Part shown: piece after piece, positions 1 to 13,479 of the stretch
Position numbering within the stretch: position 1 is the first letter of the stretch
Layout: each line of letters opens with the position of its first letter
Assembly: GCA_964016885.1 (NCBI GenBank)
Contig: OZ024740.1
Span: 202,182,001-202,246,000 of the forward strand
DNA: 64,000 nt
From: Eledone cirrhosa
Taxonomy: Eukaryota
Reading direction: 5' to 3'
Position numbers and translations under genes: made by a program
The notes under the pieces: model-generated
Told to the model about the DNA's origin: nothing
What the model saw: only the letters and a program-made list of their open reading frames with translations
Databases searched by the model: none

Positions 1-686
1 AGAACTTGGGTGGTATCAAGTGGTTTAGTATCAAAAATATTAAAACAAAGAAAGAATAGTGTACACTGTAGTCTGATAAAGAAAAACTATCTGAAATGAC
101 AGGGTGGTCATGGCTAGACTGTCATTGATCCTATGTTTGTTGAAGTAGGGTTGACCTATGTTTAATCAACAACTACTACTACTCCATGTGATAAACTAAA
201 ATAAGTAATACAATGATATTTACCAGTTCCATTGTAGTTATAGCAGGCACATGTAGCATTGGCTTTTATGCTACTGTCAATCTAGGAAGAAAGAAAATTA
301 AGAATTTTTATAATGATAATGAAAATGATTGTGTACAGTGCTCAGGTGCACTACAACTCATCAAAGGTGCATGTATAGTACATAGAATAATGTACAAATG
401 TCAGGAAAGTTGAAAATTATATCAGATATTAAAAAATTATATTCGACATTGAAAAGTGTTAGACACTGAAAATTATTTAGCATGACAATGACAGGGCTGA
501 CCCTTTAAATTACAGGTAGTACTTAGTTTTGTCAATTGAGTAAAATGGATCAACATAAAATACAGTGTTTTGCTCAAGGACACAATGGGCTCTCAAGAAT
601 CAAACTCAAGACGTCATGATCCTGAGCCAAACACTATAACCACTAAGCCACGCATAGAAAGACAACAGACTGAAAGATTTACTCAC

Positions 687-731
687 TAAATGCTGAGGAC
701 AAAACTTTTTTAGAACTCCATCATTGACAGT
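687..731 (-). CDS. DCAF8: DCAF8 coding exon 7 (gene continues beyond window start)
   Basis: TVNDGVLKKFCPQHL, resembling DCAF8 'NGVLKKFCPHHL'. 45 nt, tttttccag acceptor, GTGAGT donor. Confidence 0.9.
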
Positions 732-977
732 CTGGAAAAAATACAATTAGATAATTGTTTTAACTCATTAATTTATACTTTCTTCATAGTAACGATGGCA
801 ATGTCACATTAAAAGATCAACACACTAAATAATTCCTTCTTCCTCTTCTACACTCACATCTGTTGACTTTAGACAAACACTGGGTACTAGAGAAGGAGAG
901 AGAGGCAGAGAGATAGAGACAGATAGAGAAGGAGAGAGGGGGCATGGAGTAGAGACAGATATATAGATAGATAGAGA

Positions 978-1116
<139 letters not shown>

Positions 1117-1297
1117 AGGTGTTTTTTATAATTTATATAAACATATCCTTTAAGCTGGTTTTTAAAAAGAATTGATTCAAATACTTAAATACTGAAAATA
1201 AAGTTTTTGTTTAAATATGAACCCTATAAAATTAGTTGCTTTGTTTAGTAAAAAAGGGGCAGGCCACTTATTAAAAGAATTAAAATATAATATTTAA

Positions 1298-1514
1298 CCC
1301 TTTAGCATTCACATTACTCTATATATACTATTGTATTTTCATGGTAAAGGCTTTATCTCACATAATTATCTCGCATAATATCGAATCTATGAGATCTTGA
1401 AAGTATTTATTTTGAGAATACCTTAACATCAGTTTGAGCGACCAGTTACAGCCAGTTTCAACAGAAAAAGGTAGAGAATTCTGGCCGGTTTTGGCCGGTT
1501 TGAACATTAAAGGG
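1298..1514. mobile_element. piggyBac-type MITE
   Basis: TTAA|CCCTTTAG...TAAAGGG|TTAA ends, about 217 bp. Related copies at about 16736-16945, 28760-28965, 30799-31016, 32910-33108 and 41339-41543. Confidence 0.82.
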
Positions 1515-1899
1515 TTAAAAAATGGAAATGAGCCCATCATCAGATTGGACCAAGGAAACAATGTTTCCATTGCTGATACAATCTACCAATTGCAGTTGTT
1601 AGTAGAATTTGAACAAAGAAAGAACTGAACTAGATCAAATACTGTAAAGTACTTATCTGACCTTAACAATTCCTCTAATTCACTACCCCTGGCATGGCAA
1701 GATTTGAACAAAGAGCACAGGGAACTGGAATAAATAGAGGTATTTCATCCTACACTCTAATGATACAGCCAATCCACCTCCTAATATCAAAAAGTGCCAC
1801 TAACAGGAAAATCTCATTTTATCAACTAAAATTTCTCCAAAGTGACATCCAAAAATTTATCATCAGCATTATGCCTCATTATGTCTGATGGTTGGCAAA

Positions 1900-3970
1900 T
1901 ATGTGCTGAACATCCTTCTCTATATCTTCCAGTTCAATAAATTTGTTGCTGATTATTTTTGCACAATGAAACAAAGAGATTTGTTTGCAGCCTGGTGCAG
2001 TCTTCTTCTCAGTGGCTGAAGTAATGACAATTCACTTCAAATCCATCCCAGCAGAACAGTGTAATGTGTGTCCAAGATATTGCAAGTGTTATCATTTAAT
2101 ATTTCATAGTAGTATTGAGCCATCTAGATATATCACAGTAATATTGAGCCATCTAGATATATCACAGTAATATTGAGCCATCTAGATATATCACAGTAAT
2201 ATTGAGCCATCTAGATATATCACAGTAGAGCCATCTAGATATATCACAGTAATATTGAGCCATCTAGATATATCACAGTAGTATTGAGTCATCTAGATAT
2301 ATCACAGTAATATTGAGCCATCTAGATATATCACAGTAATATTGAGCCATCTAGATATATCACAGTAATATTGAGCCATCTAGATATATCACAGTAGAGC
2401 CATCTAGATATATCACAGTAGTATTGAGCCATCTAGATATATCACAGTAATATTGAACCATCTAGATATATCACAGTAATATTGAGCCATCTAGATATAT
2501 CACAGTAGTATTGAGTCATCTAGATATATCACAGTAATATTGAGCCATCTAGATATATTACAGTAATATTGAGCCATCTAGATATATCACAGTAATATTG
2601 AGCCATCTAGATATATCACAGTAGAGCCATCTAGATATATCACAGTAGTATTGAGTCATCTAGATATATCACAGTAATATTGAGTCATCTAGATATATCA
2701 CAGTAATATTGAGCCATCTAGATATATCACAGTAGAGCCATCTAGATATATCACAGTAATATTGAGCCATCTAGATATATCACAGTAATATTGAGCCATC
2801 TAGATATATCACAGTAGAGCCATCTAGATATATCACAGTAGTATTGAGCCATCTAGATATATCACAGTAGTATTGAGCCATCTAGATATATCACAGTAAT
2901 ATTGAGCCATCTAGATATATCACAGTAATATTGAGCCATCTAGATATATCACAGTAGAGCCATCTAGATATATCACAGTAATATTGAGTCATCTAGATAT
3001 ATCACAGTAATATTGAGCCATCTAGATATATCACAGTAATATTGAGCCATCTAGATATATCACAGTAGAGCCATCTAGATATATCACAGTAATATTGAGT
3101 CATCTAGATATATCACAGTAATATTGAGCCATCTAGATATATCACAGTAGAGCCATCTAGATATATCACAGTAGTATTGAGCCATCTAGATATATCACAG
3201 TAATATTGAGCCATCTAGATATATCACAGTAGAGCCATCTAGATATATCACAGTAGTATTGAGCCATCTAGATATATCACAGTAATATTGAGCCATCTAG
3301 ATATATCACAGTAATATTGAGCCATCTAGATATATCACAGTAATATTGAGCCATCTAGATATATCACAGTAATATTGAGTCATCTAGATATATCACAGTA
3401 ATATTGAGTCATCTAGATATATCACAGTAATATTGAGCCATCTAGATATATCACAGTAATATTGAGCCATCTAGATATATCACAGTAGAGCCATCTAGAT
3501 ATATCACAGTAATATTGAGTCATCTAGATATATCACAGTAATATTGAGCCATCTAGATATATCACAGTAGAGCCATCTAGATATATCACAGTAGTATTGA
3601 GCCATCTAGATATATCACAGTAGAGCCATCTAGATATATCACAGTAATATTGAGCCATCTAGATATATCACAGTAGCGCCATCTAGATATATCACAGTAG
3701 AGCCATCTAGATATTTCACAGTAATATTGAGTTATCTAGATATATCACAGTAATATTGAGCCATCTAGATATATCACAGTAATATTGAGCCATCTAGATA
3801 TTTCACAGTAATATTGAGTTATCTAGATACATCTTATCCAATACTTGAAAGTTGCTCACTTCCTCAGTCCAAGTAATTTTCAATATCCAGTGGTAGCCAG
3901 ATATTTTTAAAGCTCCAATCTTTCTCATAATACTTCTAGTCATGAGCCATACCTCGCAACCATAATGGAA
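1900..3970 (-). pseudogene. Decayed RTE-like LINE 3' fragment interrupted by the minisatellite
   Basis: Minus strand reads HYGCEVWLMTRSIMRKIG...ILKITWTEEVSNFQVLDKM before the array and LQYLGH...KKTAPG after it, typical of RTE ORF C-termini. Confidence 0.65.
2104..3830. repeat. 29-bp minisatellite GAGCCATCTAGATATATCACAGTAATATT with interspersed 24-bp deletion variants
   Basis: About 60 head-to-tail units read directly. Variants include GAGTC, GTAGTATT and loss of ATATT. Confidence 0.97.
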
Positions 3971-4097
3971 TACCAACCATATATATGTTCTGAGTACCCT
4001 AATCTGTGTAAAAGCAAATATTTATATCAAGTATTTTCCTTGATTAAAATACTAAAATAATTGCTTCTATTATCAAACAACAAAATTAATTACTTAC

Positions 4098-4125
4098 TTC
4101 GGCTATCTTCCGTTTATCATAAATC
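4098..4125 (-). CDS. DCAF8: DCAF8 coding exon 6 (28-nt microexon)
   Basis: (R)IYDKRKIAE, ttttag acceptor, GTAAGT donor, phase 2-0. Supplies the 'RIYDxR' motif expected in DCAF WD repeats. Confidence 0.85.
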
Positions 4126-4289
4126 CTAAAATATAATTTCAAAAAACAATAATTAGAATTGATGCAGTCAGGAGAAATGAAAAATATACAAAATATTTTT
4201 TGAATATGTTTAAATATTAGAGATGAGGTACAATAAGAATGCAATTTCTTTTTTTTTTGTTATTAAGCTCATCTTTATAGATGAAAATC

Positions 4290-5050
4290 ATCATCTTAAA
4301 TGTTTTCCCATACTTGCATGGGTTGGATATGTCTTCTCCACCACATTATCTAACCATATGCTTTGGTCCTTTGTCATCTCCCTCATGAGGTTTGGTTTCT
4401 TGAGATCAGCCTTCACCACTTTTTCCCATGTCTTCTTTGGTCTTCCTCTTCTACTTGGATTTCTTGGCACTTCTTTACCCAACTATCATCCTTCATAGGC
4501 ATCACATGTCCATACCAGAGCAGTCTTCTTTCTAACACACTACATTTGATTCTTCTTAGATCCAACTTTTCTTTCAATGCACATTAATATTTGCACATCC
4601 AGCAAAATATGTTCATCTCGTTTCTTTTCAGTCTTTGAACACTGCAATTCATACACAAGCATCATATAATCTCTTCATTCGGAGCTTTTTCCACCCCTTT
4701 CTCACTCTGGCAACTATGCTTTTGGAACATCCTCCTTCATTACTAATTAGCTCACCTAGGTAACAGTAGTTATTAACTACTTCTTGGGAGCCCTTTGAGC
4801 ATATTAAAACATTTATTTAATGAATGCTCTTACTACTAACTACTTTTGTGCTACATACAAAGTCTTTCTTTTGTTTCAGTGTGCCTGTAATCCCACTACA
4901 TCTCATAAGTATCCTTTATATTGGGTACACTGTATAGAGTTACAACCTATTTATCTGTATATCAAGCATGGCCACTTTCCCCATGTGAGCAGAGTCATGT
5001 CGTCTTTCCTGCTAACTAAAACGTTTAAATTTGCATAATTTACTTTGAAG
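4290..5050 (-). mobile_element. RTE LINE 3' relic
   Basis: RRGRPKKTWEKVVKADLK motif and a (GAT)n tail. Similar relics at about 8790-9205 (+), 12130-12560 (+), 15240-15720 (-), 39360-39760 (-), 39920-40430 (+) and 42500-42630 (-). Confidence 0.75.
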
Positions 5051-7069
5051 TCTCTTGATTCTGCATTTTGAAATTCTTCTCTAACTCTTCAACAGATTTA
5101 GCTATAAATATTAGGTTATTGTCATACAGGAGTTCTCAAAGACATCTGGTCTCAGTTGTTATGGTCTGAAGAACTATATAATAAACAGAAGCCTGAGAAT
5201 TGGGACTTGATGGACACCTAACTGCTCATTAAACTCCTCTGAACTTACTGTTAACTCTTACCTTGCTGACAGAATCTCGGTACATAGCTTATACAGAATT
5301 CACTTCGCAATCATTAAGTCCCAGGTTCAATCCCACTCTGTGACATGTTGGGTAAATATCATTTATCATAGCCTCAAGTTGACCCATACATTGACAATAA
5401 TTGGGTAGACAGAAACTGTTTGGAAGCCCATCAAATGGAATGTATTTGTAATTCAAAGAACCAGAGTCATTAGTGTCACACTGGATCTCCCACAGAATTA
5501 CATTATGTGTACATGTGTCTATGGAATGCTCAGCCACTTACACATTAATTTCATAAGCAGGTTGTTGTGTTGATCAAACAACTGGAACACATAGGTCCAT
5601 TCCACCAACTCTAGTGTTGTTACCCAGCCAAAGTATTTGTACTTGTGACCCTTACCTGGGAGGAATCAGGCTGAAGCTCCTCCCTATCTTACCCCTTGTA
5701 TGCAATTTACATCTACTCTCCTTAGCTCTAACATCTCTCAGATCACTCCAAACCTACCTTTGTGCCAACTCTGATGGTAACAGCTCTCATGTTTTTGCAC
5801 CAAACAGAGAGAGAAAAATCTCTGGCAGTGTTTTTGTTGTTTGGTATCTATTTTCTACATCTGAAAGGAAGAGAGTTGGTACGATCGTTTGATGATGATC
5901 AAGAGGTTGAGACACATGGCCAGATGTTTCCATCTGGCGCCCAACTATCATGGACAGCACTGACAAGGTAGATGTTAACCTTGTATACCCACTTAGTGTT
6001 TATCATCAATTTGATTGTCATGTTGTTGACGCTTCTTTTTTACAGCATGGAGAAAGTATGTTGCATAAGACCATCTACACAAGAGATGGTGTCATCATCA
6101 TCATCACCATTTTACAACCGTTTTCCACATCAGCATGTATTAGATGGGTTGCTGTGGTCTGAAATTAGACAGGTCAAATGACCATGTCATTCTCATATAC
6201 TACATACTACATTTTGGTGGCGTTTACAGTTGGATGCTTGTCTTAATGGCAACCACTTTATGGTATTTACTGGGTGCATTTTATTGTAGCACCAGCACTA
6301 ACCCTTTATTATGTTTACTGGGCATATTTTATTATGATACCAGGCTTTACAGGATGTGCTGGGTGCATTTTATTATGTCATCTGCACTACCACTTTCCAG
6401 TGTACTGGGTGCATTTTATTGTGGCGCCAGCACTACCACTTTATAAAGAGTACTAGGTGCATTTAATGTTGATAAGTTCTTTACAGAGTGTACAGGGTGC
6501 ATTTTATCATAGCACCAGTACTACCGCTGTACAGTGTGTACTGGGTGTATATTAGGATGTATTTTATCATGGTACCAGTACGTCCATTTTACACTGTACT
6601 GGATGCATTTTATCATGACACAAGTACTTTAGAGAGTGTACTAGGTGTATTTTATTATGGTATCAGCACAACCCCTCATGATTATAAGGTCATGAGCTTG
6701 ATATCCAGACTGGGCAGCAAATTGTGCCCTTGCATAAGATACTTTATTTTGTGTAGCGTCAGTCCACTCAGCTGGAAAAAATAAGTTGTTATATGACTGG
6801 TATCAAGCTGTAGTGGACTTTGTCTTTCTATTGGGCATCATTGGTGTGGTGAGGAGAGTTTGACATTCATAGGTAACTGATGGTTTATCCCCATACATCC
6901 AGGCTTATGCTTTGGAGAGGAATTTTCCAGGTGCAAACTCATGGTCGGTCATGACTGAAGGCTTCATCATAGTAGTTGAAGCATATATTGAGGTATGATT
7001 CAAGTGTCAGTGAACAGGTGAATAGAAACCTAGTCTTGTCTACAGGAGAGTATAAAGTGGTATTATTTA

Positions 7070-7260
7070 TCGGTGGTGGATTGGCAGTATCGGTAGAACA
7101 TCGGACAATATGCTTTGTGGCATATAGTTTCATCCTTTTACATTCCGAGTTCAAATTTCGCTGAGGTTAGCTTTGCCTTTCATCCTTCCGGGTCGTTGAT
7201 AAAGTACCAGTAACACACTGGGGTCGATTTAATTAACTTTCCCCTCCCACAAAATTATAA
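7070..7260 (+). mobile_element. tRNA-derived SINE (representative plus-strand copy)
   Basis: GGTGGATTGGCAG...GAGTTCAAAT (A/B-box-like) followed by the core CTTTGCCTTTCATCCTT..GGGTCG..ATAAAGTACCAG, which resembles the Meta-SINE domain. Many other copies, e.g. 9895-10110, 13278-13462, 14531-14710, 23525-23690, 24925-25097, 46485-46860. Confidence 0.75.
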
Positions 7261-7282
7261 ACCATTATTTAAGGGTAGTTAC

Positions 7283-7390
7283 CTGAGATAGTAGTCTTTA
7301 CCGCCAACACAGAACTCAAAGGAATTAACAGGGTTAGAGTGGATGGAATAAAGAGGCACTTTCTTATCACATTCTTTCACTGTTACTAAT
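7283..7390 (-). CDS. DCAF8: DCAF8 coding exon 5
   Basis: (K)LVTVKECDKKVPLYSIHSNPVNSFEFCVGGKDYYL(R), 108 nt, tttccag acceptor, GTAAC donor, phase 2-2. Confidence 0.92.
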
Positions 7391-7977
7391 CTGGAAATAA
7401 TTGAACAATCAGTCATTAGATTAATGTTAAATAAACAGGTAAAAAATAAAAATAACTGAATGCAGATTACATATAGGGTTGTCAGAGACCAAGCCAGTTC
7501 TTAATCAGAGCTACTGTCCTCTCATATGGGCCAGGTACCACATCTGATTTACATACATTCTGGTTTTGGCATGGGCTCTAGAGCTGAATGATCTTCCTTT
7601 CACTAATCATCATCATTATTTAACACCCATTTCCCTGCCCAACAAGGGTTGGAAGGGTCATCACAGACCAAGTCAGTACTTGGAGCCTGTGTACTCAAGT
7701 GAACCGGTGGCGACATCTTGCTTACAAAAATTCCTGACCTTTACAGAGTGTACCTTGAATTTTATAATGGCACCAACACTAGTGAAGTGTCATGTCCTTG
7801 ACACAAATAAAAAGTCTTCTTAGCCCTTTATGTGGCCAGTTTTCTACAGGTGGATGCCCTTTCTATCATCAAACTGGGTGCATTTTACTGTGTCACCAAC
7901 TCAAGAGAGATTGATGTTCCCTTGATACAATTGATGATTCTTCTCAACCTTTTGTTTGGCATAGTGTGTGTATGTGT

Positions 7978-8146
7978 CTTGGGTTCAATCAGGGCTAACC
8001 ACAGTAAGTAAGGTACTCAATACATTAGTAGAATGTATATAATAAATTTAATATAGAAATGGCTTCTACAAGACTATAACTGTTTCATTCAAAGGAAATC
8101 ATCAGGAAAGCTTTCCTGATGATTTTCTTCAAATGAAACAGTTATA
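7978..8146 (-). mobile_element. Short fold-back element with hammerhead-like cores in DCAF8 intron
   Basis: Imperfect palindrome 8075-8146 centred on AAG|CTT, each arm carrying CTGATGA-N12-GAAAC. The tail TATTGAGTACCTTACTTACTGTGGTTA is shared with 45580-45710 (+), 54735-54865 (-) and 38790-38860 (-). Confidence 0.65.
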
Positions 8147-8444
8147 CTTAGATATAATAACAATAGTAGTATAAAATATAAAATAGAAGTGAGTATACCT
8201 CACTATTTTTTATGAATGATTAGAAAGAGATCCTGAATAACAGATCTTGTATGACATACAATGAATGATTTTATTTACTGTTCACAATCATTCAAAGGAC
8301 AGACACAGATACAGACATAGACACAGACATATAGACAGACACTGACACACAGAGGCTAACAAGCACACACACACACGCATAATAGAAACATATAAAGGAA
8401 GAACTACATAGAAATGGTAAGTAAATTAAGATTATTGTACTAAC

Positions 8445-8539
8445 TTATTTGGTTTTTCTTGCCGTAAATCTATCTCATAAGTCAAAGCATCCTCTCCACA
8501 ACTGAGAAAGACATGTGGTGAATCTAACTCCAGAGCCAA
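8445..8539 (-). CDS. DCAF8: DCAF8 coding exon 4
   Basis: [31 protein letters not shown](K), 95 nt, ttttttaacag acceptor, GTTAG donor, phase 0-2. Confidence 0.92.
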
Positions 8540-10150
8540 CTGTTAAAAAAGAATATATATTATATACCATGATCATAGCATGCAAGAGAGAAGAATGTAC
8601 TAGTACTGGTATGTTATGAAAATTGATACGGTCAACTAGGTTATATGTAGGTTTAATCATTTTCTTAGTGTGGTCAGAGCAAGAAGTGTCAAAATCTATG
8701 TTTGTCAGCTTACCAAACTAAGTTGAAATTATTTTATTAAGGAAAATGGAGTGCATATTTTAGAGCTAGTGTAAGGTGCTAAATACCCATGTGCTGACTT
8801 GGGGTATGGATGATGATCAGTGGGTGAAAAAGTGCCAAGAGTTACTTGTGGAAGTAAGCTGCAGGACAGAAAAGAGGTAGACTAGGATGTGAGCAGAGAG
8901 TGTGAGAGCTAATCTCAAGAAACTACACCTCACAAAGATGATTAAGGAAAGAGACAGACAAGTGGAGAGATACTGTCCTAGGGAGGACTCATCCCAATGC
9001 CAACCACCTTACAAGGTGGATAAAAATCACCCAATCAACAATGTAAGTTGGTTGGTATTAGGAAGGGCATCCAGCTGTAAAAACCCCACCCCAAAACAGA
9101 GTAAGATGTGGCCTCCAGACCTATCAAACCTCATAACATGACACTCCATCTAACAAGTGCAAGCATGGAAAATAGGCGTTAAACGGTGATGATAATGATG
9201 ATGATATCGATACACATACATGATGGTTGCATCTCAATTTTGAGATTTGCCATAATTTTATCTCTTTCTCATACATTCATACGTGTGTGTGTGTGACACA
9301 ACATAACTTTTTAGCCTTCCTATTAAGGAATACTCTTTTAACATTTTATTGTTACCTCCCTTTAGTATTTTAGCCCTACCAGAGTTACATTCCTTTTGCA
9401 TATGCTGCAGTGAAAAAAAAGAAAAAAAACTTTTTCCGCTACTGCCAACCATGTTCATGCAAGACATGAGAAAGATGCTTAGATCAACTGTTGCTTGTAC
9501 TTGAAGTTTTTTAAATGAAGAAAGGCCTTGCACTGGACCAATCCCACTCTCTAAACAATGGTGGCAGGTACCCCAAAAGAACAGGTCAAACTCATTCGCT
9601 GCCATCAAGTTGCAGGTTTTACATCAGTTTTCCTTCTAGAATAATGTACTAACAAGGAACAGAGGTTCTCTCTCTCCCGGTGGGTTAACCACACACTCGG
9701 GAACACACACACACATTTGTATATTGTTATAGAAATTCCAATAATTGAAGCATTGTGGTTTTAGTTAAAACAAGAATAAGGAAAAATATAAGAATTATAA
9801 CAGACATGATTATTATTCCTCACTTTTATGCACCATCTTTTAATGATTGCAATAGGATGGGGAGGTCTTAAAATGTGTCTTTCAAATAATGATTTCTACT
9901 TTAGGTACAAGGCCAGTAATTTTTTGGGGGGAGGCGAAAATTGATTAAATCGACCCCAGTGTTAAACTGGTGTTTTATTTATCACCCACCCCCACCCCTG
10001 TAAAAATGAAAAGCAAAGCTAACCATGGCAAAATTTGAACTCAGATCATAAAGAGCCATAACTCTATGCTGCAAAGCATATTGTCCGCCGCTCTACTGAT
10101 AAGCCAATCCAGTTCCCTATGTGTCTTTCAAATAATAGCATTTTATTTAC

Positions 10151-10291
10151 CTTGTGTGCAGCTCCCCTATGAACTGCTAGTTTCTTTGTACCCTTACAAA
10201 CTCCTGTCAGTGAAAGTTCTGCCAAGCGTACCTGACCATCACGAGCACAGCTTACCACATGGCAATCTCCACTAAATGGCATGAATTTGGC
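10151..10291 (-). CDS. DCAF8: DCAF8 coding exon 3
   Basis: [47 protein letters not shown], 141 nt, AG/GT flanks, phase 0-0. Confidence 0.94.
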
Positions 10292-10910
10292 CTAAAATAA
10301 CACAAAAAAAGATAATCAAATTATGAATACATATATATATATTAAATTAGAAATAGAAGCTTTCGCCATATTTTTGACTAAAGAAATTTTAGCCTGATAG
10401 TGGAATTTAGAACCCTCAAAGAAATGGAAAAAGATGAGCATTGAGTATAGACAGGGGTGAGACGTTGCCAAATGTTGAGGGAAATGTCTATGACTAGATG
10501 GGATAGGCAGCCTTTGTAAGGGAAATGATATACATAGATCAGATGTGTATGTGTGTGTGTGTCATCATCATCATCATCTTACGTCCGTTTTTCCCTGCTT
10601 GCAAGGGTGGGACGGGAACTGATTCTGGCTTGATTTTTACAGCTGGATGCCCTTCCTAACACCAACCTCATTGACAGTGAGTAGTGCTGGGTGCTTTTTT
10701 TCTGTGGCGCCTACACGTCCACTTTACAGAGGAATGATAGGGACCCCAATCCTATCATCTCATTTCTACAGCTGAGTAAACTGGAGCAATGTGAAATAAA
10801 GCGTCTTACTCAAGGAAACAACACATCACCCGGTCTGAGAATTAAACTCACAAACTTTTGATTTCAAGCCCAATGCTCTAACCACTAAGCCATGTGCCTC
10901 CATGTATGTG

Positions 10911-10953
<43 letters not shown>

Positions 10954-12719
10954 AATCCTAAAATATTTATGCTAGAAATCAGCATATATTAAAAGAATTA
11001 ATGTAAATTTAATGTAGATATAATTATAGTTCTTGAATCAGAAGGCTGATGAAGAGACATTAATTTTTGAAATGCATAAAGGTTATCTCTTATGTTATTC
11101 TGTGCACAGAGAAAAAGTGGCAATATTTGCACTTCATTCTTTTCAAAGCAAAAACTTTGAATTCAAAAATTATATTTTTATCGACATTAAATTTACCTTA
11201 TATGTATAATGGCAATTATTGTGTACAGTGCTCAAGTGCACTACAACTCATCAAAGGTGTATGCATAGTACATAGAATAATGTATAAATGTCAGGAAAGT
11301 GAACAGTGTATGAGTCATGATATACACAAATATACATGCATACGTGTGTATGAAGGGGGAATATCAGGTGTAGTGTTGGCGAAATTTGGATGCAGTGTCC
11401 CAACAGCTAACAACTGATGCAGGTAGTTTGTTCCATGCTTCAGAAACTCTGAATATGAAAAAATGTTTCCATACTGTTTCCTGTACTGTTTTGTAGGCAT
11501 GTCCACGGGTGAGGAGCTGATTTTTTCCAGATAGGAAGAATTAAAGCCAGTACTAGACTGGTACTTTATCAACCTTCAAAGGATGAAAGGCAAAGTTGAC
11601 CGTGGCAAGATTTGCAATCAGAGCACAGTGAGCCAGAACATATACCAAGGTATTTTAATACATCTAACAACTCTGCTAATTTTCAACGTTGACCACTGGA
11701 CATTGTACTAGGGTTAATTCAATCAACTACACCTATCCTCTACATAAGTCTGGCCAAGTGCCAGTCTTTCTAGCTGAATGGCTTGTGGTGAAAATAGACA
11801 TCTGAGAAAACAAAAACTGCTGCAACTATATATCATCACCGTTTTATGTTCATTCTTCCACACTAGCATGGGTATATCAACATTCAATATTTCAAAATAG
11901 TCACCACAAAGATCACTGAATGAAACACCAGAAATTGGCATATCAAAGAGGTTATTCTCATTAATAGAACAGGACCAATCATAAAGAGCTAGTGTGAGTT
12001 GCATGAAGTCAATTGGCTATTGCAACTACACCATCCTGCACACGGCACTAATTTCCCAACCCAATTTCTATGCAGTAGAATGCAGCTAATCAACAACACC
12101 ACACTCCATTCCCTTTTTTTTTGACAAAGAAGTCCAACCTCGAAATATTATGAAATATACTGTAAAGAATACGATCGTGAACACAAGCGGCTGAAATGAG
12201 GCTCCTCCGAAGGGTCTTTGAAGTAATATTACTCGATAGAGTGCGTAGCTCAGAGATCACATAGTCACTCCAGGTAGAGCCACTACTTCTCTGAATTGAG
12301 AGATCACAGCTCCGATACTATGGGCATGTGGTTAGAATGTCTCAGGAAAGAATCACTGGACGATTTTAAGAGGAAAAACAAGTAGGAGACCCAGGGGTAG
12401 ACCCCGAGTAAGACTGTTGGATAACATCAGCTTGGCTGGTCACACCTAGGGATCCAGCCAGATCAGTTGGAGATAGTTACTTGACAGGACCTGCTGAAAG
12501 GAGTGTTTGAGGACTCAGCCCCCACAACCCTCTCAAGAATAAGTGGGTGAACAAGAAGATATTGTAAAGGTGTAAGCTGTTGTTTTGTTTTTCATTCTTG
12601 TATTTTTTATTTGCATTTACCGTCTTTCCCGAAACAATTATTTTATCTCATATGCAAAATAGTACGCATTTTAAAAAAATAAATGAAGCCATATAAATAG
12701 ATATTTTCATGAGACATAC

Positions 12720-12829
12720 CTGGAAAATATTACTACGATGTCCACTATCAAACACTAAAGCTGGTCGATTCTGAACCCAATTCCATAATACAATGTTCAA
12801 ATCATCTGAACCACTTGCAAGTAATGTGC
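12720..12829 (-). CDS. DCAF8: DCAF8 coding exon 2
   Basis: Translates (G)[38 protein letters not shown] at 12831-12830, GTATG donor at 12719, 110 nt, phase matches the previous exon. Confidence 0.93.
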
Positions 12830-13479
12830 CTGAAATATAAACAAAATATATTTATAATAATAATAATGGTTTCTAATTTAAGAACAAGGTCAGCAATTTA
12901 TTTTAGATAGGGGGCAGGGGTCAAATTAATTGACCCCAGTACTTGATTACTACTTTATTTCATTGGCCCTGTAAGAATGACAGGCAAAGTTGACTGCAGC
13001 AGGATTTTAATTCAAATTTAAAGAACTAGAGTAAATACCACACTAATAACAATAGTGGTTTCTACTTTAGGCACAAAGCCAACAATTTTGGGGGAGGAGA
13101 AAGTTAATTCAATCAACCCTCAGTATATTACTAGTATTTTATTTTATTGACATAAGGATGAAAGGTAAAGCTAACATCTGAAGGATATTAATTCAGAACG
13201 TAAAGGGCCATAGCTCTATGATGCAGAGCATGTCCGTCATTCTACTGATACTGTCAATCCACCACCCTAATAATAATGTTTCTACTTTAGGCACAAGGCC
13301 AGCAATTATCCCAGTGCATTACTGGTTCTTTATTTTATCGACCCCATAAGGATGAAAGGCAAAGTTAACCTCAGCCGGATTTGAACTCAAACCATAAAGG
13401 GACGTAACTATGCTGCAAAGCATGGCGTCCGACTCTCTACCAATACTGCCAATCCACCGCCCTAATAATAATAATAATG

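Noticed and set aside
2104-3830. CRISPR-like appearance of 29-bp repeats
   Set aside because: Units are contiguous with no unique spacers, there are no cas genes, and the context is a eukaryotic intron. It is a minisatellite.
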